Source of the DNA: Eledone cirrhosa
Lineage: Eukaryota
Direction of reading: 5' to 3'
Assembly: GCA_964016885.1 (NCBI GenBank)
Contig: OZ024765.1
Coordinates: 13,764,001 to 13,828,000, forward strand
DNA length: 64,000 nt
Part shown: positions 53,001 through 62,000 of the stretch, piece after piece
Layout: each line of letters opens with the position of its first letter
Numbering within the stretch: position 1 is the first letter of the stretch
Made by a program: the position numbers and the translations under genes
Notes under the pieces: model-generated
The model's input: the letters and a program-made list of their open reading frames with translations, nothing else
The model's database searches: none
Told to the model about the DNA's origin: nothing

Positions 53001-56000
53001 ATTGGGTGAATAACATACTAGACAAACTTCTATATAACAATATGAACAGAGTTATATAGACAAAGACTGTTGTAGAATATACAAAACAAACTCACATGTA
53101 ATAAGAAAGACAGCATTATAAAAACAAAGATTGGTTGTATAATATACCAAAGAAACTTGTGTATAAAACCATAGAGAGAAATATATAGACAAAGACTGGT
53201 TGTAGAACATACTAGACAAACTTGTGTGTAACACCTAATAACATAGATAGGGTTATATAGACAAAGATTGGTTGAAGAACATACTAGAAGGGATGACAGG
53301 AGATAAGACAATATTGACAAGATAGTAAATAATTCAGGGATGACATCTTGACAAACAGGGCCAGCAATATCATGTTCTGTCATATTATATTACTGACAAC
53401 AGATGAGAGTTAATGTTGACAACACACGGTTGACATGTTGACAGAGAGAACCAGAGTAACATGTCCTGTCATAATATATTACTGACAGCATATATGACAA
53501 TTAGTATTGACAAGACAATCAACAATAAAGGGATGATATCTTGACAGACAGGGATGACATGTTGACAAACAGAGCCAGCAATAATAACATGTCCTCTTAT
53601 AGTATATTACTTACGAAACAGTGGCTTAAAACAGCCATGTATATCCAGCATGAGTTTCACACTTTTACTAATATCATATCTCTCAGTTATCAATATTTGG
53701 ATCTTGTGGACTTGGAAACCATTTGGGAAATATACAGTTTCAGTAGCAGAAAGTTTCTGAAAATATTGAAAATCATGTGAATCATTCTAAATATCATTAT
53801 AGAACATTCTGCATAATTATTATGCTCCCATTGTCAAAATATACTAAGTATTATAATACGTAAGATACTAAAATCTCAAATGTGTTTGTAGATATTTTCA
53901 TTTACTGCTAAATTATTTCAGGATGTTAAGAGTTAAAGAAATTAATTTAATAAGAGAATATTTAGTAATCTACATCATTTATTTATAATGTGAAGTCTCC
54001 TATAATATGACAGCTATATCAGTTAGAGAAGTTAAGGGTCAAAAGACTTGCTTAGGGGAGGTTTTTTCTCTGAAAACCTTCAGCTGTCCAGCTCACCCGA
54101 GAGTTTCTTACGACTTTGATAATTTTATTTTTAAAATGTTCTATAAACTGAAAATTATTTATATGAAGTCCCCTATATAATACAGTGACATAACTAAGTT
54201 AAAGAATTAATTAAATATTTGTTAATTTTATATAAAAATTATTTAGTAAACTTTGTAAACTATATATAATATGAAGCCCCCTATAAAAGACAGAGACATA
54301 ATATGAAGTCCTCTATAAGAGACAGCAACCTAACATGAGGTCCTCTATAAAAGATAGCAACATAATATGATGTCCCCTATAAAAGACAGCTATACAATGT
54401 GAAGTCCCCTATAATATGACTGTGACATAAGTGAGTTAAATACCTTTCCAAATGCTTGGAAATGTTCTTGCTCTATTTTCCTGTACATTAACATAAAACC
54501 TTTGATGTTTGTATGAACAATTAACTGCAAACTGGCCAAAGACACATCATAATTCTCACTGAGTTGGACGGTAATAACAACAAGTGGAGCTGAACTCTCA
54601 AACACCTCCTGGTCACGTCTACCTTGGACTCCAACGGGTCTTAAACGATATGTTGGTACAGTCTTGTCTGTAGTTTTTATCCACTCATCTTTGATGTAAA
54701 CTGGAGTTGATAAACCATTGCCTTTAACACAAGCCACCTCTCCCTCTGTGGGTGTTGTCGTGGTGGTTGTTGGTGCTGTTATTGTTGTTGTGGTGATTGT
54801 TGGTGTTGTTATTGTTGTTGTGGAGGTTGTTGGTTTCGTTGTTGTTGGTGTCGTTATTGTTGCTGTTGTTGGTGGTATTGTTGCTGTTGTTGGTGTTGTT
54901 CTTGTTGCTGTTGTTGGTGTTGTTCTTGTTGAAGTTGTTGGTGTTGTTGGTGTTGTTCCTGTTGGTGTTGTTCTTGTTGTTGATGATCTCTCTGTTGTTA
55001 TTGTAGTTGGTGTTCGTGTTATAGCTGTTGTTGTTGTTGTTTGTGGAACTTCTAACAACAAGAGATGATATTTTCAACATGGTTAATTATATGAGTTATA
55101 TAAAGGTTTTATATACGGTTGATATTGTGTAGATTATGTTGTTATGTTACATAGAGAGACAAGATCCAGACCTCCTTCATTTACTGAATGGAGTGGAACT
55201 TGTCAAATAAGACAGAATTATATAGACAAAGACTGGTTGCAAAATATAAGAGACAAACTTGTGTATAACAATACAGACAGAATTATATAGACAAAGACTG
55301 GTTGAAAAATATAAGAGACAAACTTGTGTATAACAATACAGACAGAATTATATAGACAAAGACTGGTTGTAAAATATAAGAGACAAACTTGTGTATTACA
55401 ATATAGACAGAATTATATAGACAAAGACTGGTTGGAAAATATAAGAGACAAACTTGTGTATAACAATATAGACAGAATTATATATACAAAGACTGGTTGT
55501 AAAATATAAGAGACAAACTTATGTATAACAATACAGACAAAGATTAATTGTAGACTAAACTAGACAAACATTTGTGTAATAACATAGATAGGGTTATATA
55601 GACAAAGACTGTTATCGAATTTACTAGGCAAACTTGTATATAACAATAGATAAAGTTATATAGACCAAGATTGGTTGTAATACATAGAAAACAAACTCGT
55701 GTATAACAATATAGACAGAATTATATAGACAAAGATTGGTGTAGAATTTACAAGACAAACTTATGTAATATAAGCAATAACATAAACAATGTTATATAGA
55801 CAAAGACTGGTTGTAAAATAAATAAGACAAACATGTATATAACAACATGTATAGAATTATATAGACCAGGAGTGTTATAGAACATACTATATAAAGTTGT
55901 ATTTAATAACATAGACAGAATTAGATAGACAAAGATTATTGTTGAACATACAAGATAAACACGTTTAATTACAAACAGAATTATATAGGCAAACATTTGT

Positions 56001-59000
56001 GTAGCATTTACTAGACAAACTTGTGCATAACAACATACTTAGGGTTATATAGACAAAGACTATTGTGGAATATACTAGACAAACAAATGTATAACAACAT
56101 GGACAGAATTATATAGACACTGTTGTAGAATATACTATACAAACGTATGTATAATAAGTAATAATGTAGATGGGGTTATATAGACAAATGTTGGTTGTAA
56201 AATGTACGAGACAAACTTCAGTTTAATAACATAGACAAAATTATATACACTAAAATTGGGTGAATAACATACTAGACAAACTTCTATATAACAATATGAA
56301 CAGAGTTATATAGACAAAGACTGTTGTAGAATATACAAAACAAACTCACATGTAATAAGAAAGACAGCATTATAAAAACAAAGATTGGTTGTATAATATA
56401 CCAAAGAAACTTGTGTATAAAACCATAGAGAGAAATATATAGACAAAGACTGGTTGTAGAACATACTAGACAAACTTGTGTGTAACACCTAATAACATAG
56501 ATAGGGTTATATAGACAAAGATTGGTTGAAGAACATACTAGAAGGGATGACAGGAGATAAGACAATATTGACAAGATAGTAAATAATTCAGGGATGACAT
56601 CTTGACAAACAGGGCCAGCAATATCATGTCCTGTCATATTATATTACTGACAACAGATGAGAGATAATGTTGACAACACAGGGTTGACATGTTGACAGAG
56701 AGAACCAGAGTAACATGTCCTGTCATAATATATTACTGACAGCATATATGACAATTAGTATTGACAAGACAATCAACAATAAAGGGATGATATCTTGACA
56801 GACAGGGATGACATGTTGACAAACAGAGCCAGCAATAATAACATGTCCTCTTATAGTATATTACTTACGAAACAGTGGCTTAAAACAGCCATGTATATCC
56901 AGCATGAGTTTCACACTTTTACTAATATCATATCTCTCAGTTATCAATATTTGGATCTTGTGGACTTGGAAACCATTTGGGAAATATACAGTTTCAGTAG
57001 CAGAAAGTTTCTGAAAATATTGAAAATCATGTGAATCATTCTAAATATCATTATAGAACATTCTGCATAATTATTATGCTCCCATTGTCAAAATATACTA
57101 AGTATTATAACACGTAAGATACTAAAATCTCAAATGTGTTTGTAGATATTTTCATTTACTGCTAAATTATTTCAGGATGTTAAGAGTTAAAGAAATTAAT
57201 TTAATACGAGAATATTTAGTAATCTACATCATTTATTTATAATGTGAAGTCTCCTATAATATGACAGCTATATCAGTTAGAGAAGTTAAGGGTCAAAAGA
57301 CTTGCTTAGGGGAGGTTTTTTCTCTGAAAACCTTCAGCTGTCCAGCTCACCCGAGAGTTTCTTACGACTTTGATAATTTTATTTTTAAAATGTTCTATAA
57401 ACTGAAAATTATTTATATGAAGTCCCCTATATAATACAGTGACATAACTAAGTTAAAGAATTAATTAAATATTTGTTAATTTTATATAAAAATTATTTAG
57501 TAAACTTTGTAAACTATATATAATATGAAGCCCCCTATAAAAGACAGAGACATAATATGAAGTCCTCTATAAGAGACAGCAACCTAACATGAGGTCCTCT
57601 ATAAAAGATAGCAACATAATATGATGTCCCCTATAAAAGACAGCTATACAATGTGAAGTCCCCTATAATATGACTGTGACATAAGTGAGTTAAATACCTT
57701 TCCAAATGCTTGGAAATGTTCTTGCTCTATTTTCCTGTACATTAACATAAAACCTTTGATGTTTGTATGAACAATTAACTGCAAACTGGCCAAAGACACA
57801 TCATAATTCTCACTGAGTTGGACGGTAATAACAACAAGTGGAGCTGAACTCTCAAACACCTCCTGGTCACGTCTACCTTGGACTCCAACGGGTCTTAAAC
57901 GATATGTTGGTACAGTCTTGTCTGTAGTTTTTATCCACTCATCTTTGATGTAAACTGGACTTGATAAACCATTGCCTTTAACACAAGCCACCTCTCCCTC
58001 TGTGGGTGTTGTCGTGGTGGTTGTTGGTGCTGTTATTGTTGTTGTGGTGATTGTTGGTGTTGTTATTGTTGTTGTGGAGGTTGTTGGTTTCGTTGTTGTT
58101 GGTGTCGTTATTGTTGCTGTTGTTGGTGGTATTGTTGCTGTTGTTGGTGTTGTTCTTGTTGCTGTTGTTGGTGTTGTTCTTGTTGAAGTTGTTGGTGTTG
58201 TTGGTGTTGTTCCTGTTGGTGTTGTTCTTGTTGTTGATGATCTCTCTGTTGTTATTGTAGTTGGTGTTCTTGTTATAGCTGTTGTTGTTGTTGTTTGTGG
58301 AACTTCTAACAACAAGAGATGATATTTTCAACATGGTTAATTATATGAGTTATATAAAGGTTTTATATACGGTTGATATTGTGTAGATTATGTTGTTATG
58401 TTACATAGAGAGACAAGATCCAGACCTCCTTCATTTACTGAATGGAGTGGAACTTGTCAAATAAGACAGAATTATATAGACAAAGACTGGTTGCAAAATA
58501 TAAGAGACAAACTTGTGTATAACAATACAGACAGAATTATATAGACAAAGACTGGTTGAAAAATATAAGAGACAAACTTGTGTATAACAATACAGACAGA
58601 ATTATATAGACAAAGACTGGTTGTAAAATATAAGAGACAAACTTGTGTATAACAATATAGACAGAATTATATAGACAAAGACTGGTTGGAAAATATAAGA
58701 GACAAACTTGTGTATAACAATACAGACAGAATTATATAGACAAAGACTGGTTGTAAAATATAAGAGACAAACTTGTGTATAACAATATAGACAGAATTAT
58801 ATAGACAAAGACTGGTTGGAAAATATAAGAGACAAACTTGTGTATAACAATACAGACAGAATTATATAGACAAAGACTGGTTGTAAAATATAAGAGACAA
58901 ACTTGTGTATAACAATATAGACAGAATTATATAGACAAAGACTGGTTGCAAAATATAAGAGACAAACTTGTGTATAACAATACAGACAGAATTATATAGA

Positions 59001-62000
59001 CAAAGACTGGTTGAAAAATATAAGAGACAAACTTGTGTATAACAATACAGACAGAATTATATAGACAAAGACTGGTTGTAAAATATAAGAGACAAACTTG
59101 TGTATAACAATATAGACAGAATTATATAGACAAAGACTGGTTGGAAAATATAAGAGACAAACTTGTGTATAACAATATAGACAGAATTATATATACAAAG
59201 ACTGGTTGTAAAATACAAGAGACAAACTTATGTATAACAATACAGACAAAGATTAATTGTAGACTAAACTAGACAAACATTTGTGTAATAACATAGATAG
59301 GGTTATATAGACAAAGACTGTTATCGAATTTACTAGGCAAACTTGTATATAACAATAGATAAAGTTATATAGACCAAGATTGGTTGTAATACATAGAAAA
59401 CAAACTCGTGTATAACAATATAGACAGAATTATATAGACAAAGATTGGTGTAGAATTTACAAGACAAACTTATGTAATATAAGCAATAACATAAACAATG
59501 TTATATAGACAAAGACTGGTTGTAAAATAAATAAGAAAAACATGTATATAACAACATGTATAGAATTATATAGACCAGGAGTGTTATAGAACATACTATA
59601 TAAAGTTGTATTTAATAACATAGACAGAATTAGATAGACAAAGACTATTGTTGAACATACAAGATAAACACGTTTAATTACAAACAGAATTATATAGGCA
59701 AACATTTGTGTAGCATTTACTAGACAAACTTGTGCATAACAACATACTTAGGGTTATATAGACAAACACTATTGTGGAATATACTAGACAAACAAATGTA
59801 TAACAACATGGACAGAATTATATAGACACTGTTGTAGAATATACTATACAAACTTATGTATAATAAGTAATAATGTAGATGGAGTTATATAGACAAATGT
59901 TGGTTGTAAAATGTACGAGACAAACTTCAGTTTAATAACATAGACAAAATTATATACACTAAAATTGGGTGAATAACATACTAGACAAACTTCTGTATAA
60001 CAATATGAACAGAGTTATATAGACAAAGACTGTTGTAGAATATACGAAACAAACTCACATGTAATAAGAAAGACAGCATTATAAAAACAAAGATTGGTTG
60101 TATAATATACCAAAGAAACTTGTGTATAAAACCATAGACAGAAATATATAGACAAAGACTGGTTGTAGAACATACTAGACAAACTTGTGTGTAACACCTA
60201 ATAACATAGATAGGGTTATATAGACAAAGATTGGTTGAAGAACATACTAGAAGGGATGACAGGAGATAAGACAATATTGACAAGATAGTAAATAATTCAG
60301 GGATGACATCTTGACAAACAGGGCCAGCAATATCATGTCCTGTCATATTATATTACTGACAACAGATGAGAGTTAATGTTGACAACACAGGGTTGACATG
60401 TTGACAGAGAGAACCAGAGTAACATGTCCTGTCATAATATATTACTGACAGCATATATGACAATTAGTATTGACAAGACAATCAACAATACAGGGATGAC
60501 ATGTTGACAAACAGAGCCAGCAATAATAACATGTCCTCTCATAGTATATTACTTACGAAACAGTGGCTTAAAACAGCCATGTATATCCAGTATGAGTTTC
60601 ACACTTTTACTAACATCATATCTGTCAGTTATGAATATTTGGATCTTGTTGGCTTGGAAACCATTTGGGAAATATACAGTTTCAGTAGCAGAAAATTTCT
60701 GAAAATATTGAAAATCATGTGAATCATTCTAAATATCATTATAGAACCTTCTGCATAATTATTATGCTCCCACTGTCAAAATATACTAAGTATTATAATA
60801 CGTAAAATACTAAAATATCAAATGTGTTTGTAGATATTTTCATTTACTGCTAAATTATTTCAGGATGTTAAGAGTTGAAGAAATTAATTTCATAAAAGAA
60901 TATTTAGTAATCTACATCATTTATTTATAATGTGAAGTCTCCTATAAAATGACAGCTATATCAGTTAGAGAAGTTAAGGGTCAAAAGACTTGCTTAGGGG
61001 AGGTTTTTTCTCTGAAAACCTTCAGCTGTCCAGCTCACCCGAGAGTTTCTTACGACTTTGATAATTTTATTTTTAAACTGTTCTATAATCTCAAAAATAT
61101 TTATATGAAGTCCCCTATAAAAGACAGTGACATAACTGAGCTAAAGAATTAATTAAATATTTGTTAATTTTATATAAAAATTATTTAGTAAACTTTGTAA
61201 ACTATTTATAATATGAAGCCCCTATAAAAGACAGAGACATAATATGAAGTCCTCTATAAGAGACAGCAACCTAACATGAAGTCCCCTATAAAAGACAGAA
61301 ACATAATATGAAGTCTCCTATAAAAGACAGCTATACAATATGAAGTCCCCTATAATATGACTGTGACATAAGTGAGTTAAATACCTTTCCAAATGCTTGG
61401 AAATGTTCTTGCTCTATTTTCCTGTACGTTAACATAAAACCTTTGATGTTTGTATGAACAATTAACTGCAAACTGGCCAAAGACACATCATAATTCTCAC
61501 TGAGTTGGACGGTAATAACAACAAGTGGAGCTGAACTTTCAAACACTTCTTGGTCACGTCTACTTTGGACTCCAACGGGTCTTAAACGATATGTTGGTAC
61601 AGTCTTGTCTGTAGTTTTTATCCACTCATCTTTGATGTAAACTTCACTTGATAAACCATTGCCTTTAACACAAGTCACCTCTCCCTCTGTGGGTTTTGTT
61701 GTGGTGGTTGTTGGTGCTGTTATTGTTGTTGTGGTGGTTGTTGGTGTTGTTATTGTTGTTGTTGTTGGTGTTGTTATTGTTGCTGTTGTTGGTGGTATTG
61801 TTGCTGTTGTTGGTGTTGTTCTTGTTGCTGGTGTTGTTCTTGTTGAAGTTGTTGGTGTTGTTGATGATCTCTCTGTTGTTATTGTTGTTGGTGTTGTTGT
61901 TTGTGGAACTTCTAACAACAAGAGATGATATTTTCAACATGGTTAATTATATGAGTTATATAAAGGTTTTATATATGGTTGATATTGTGTAGATTATGTT

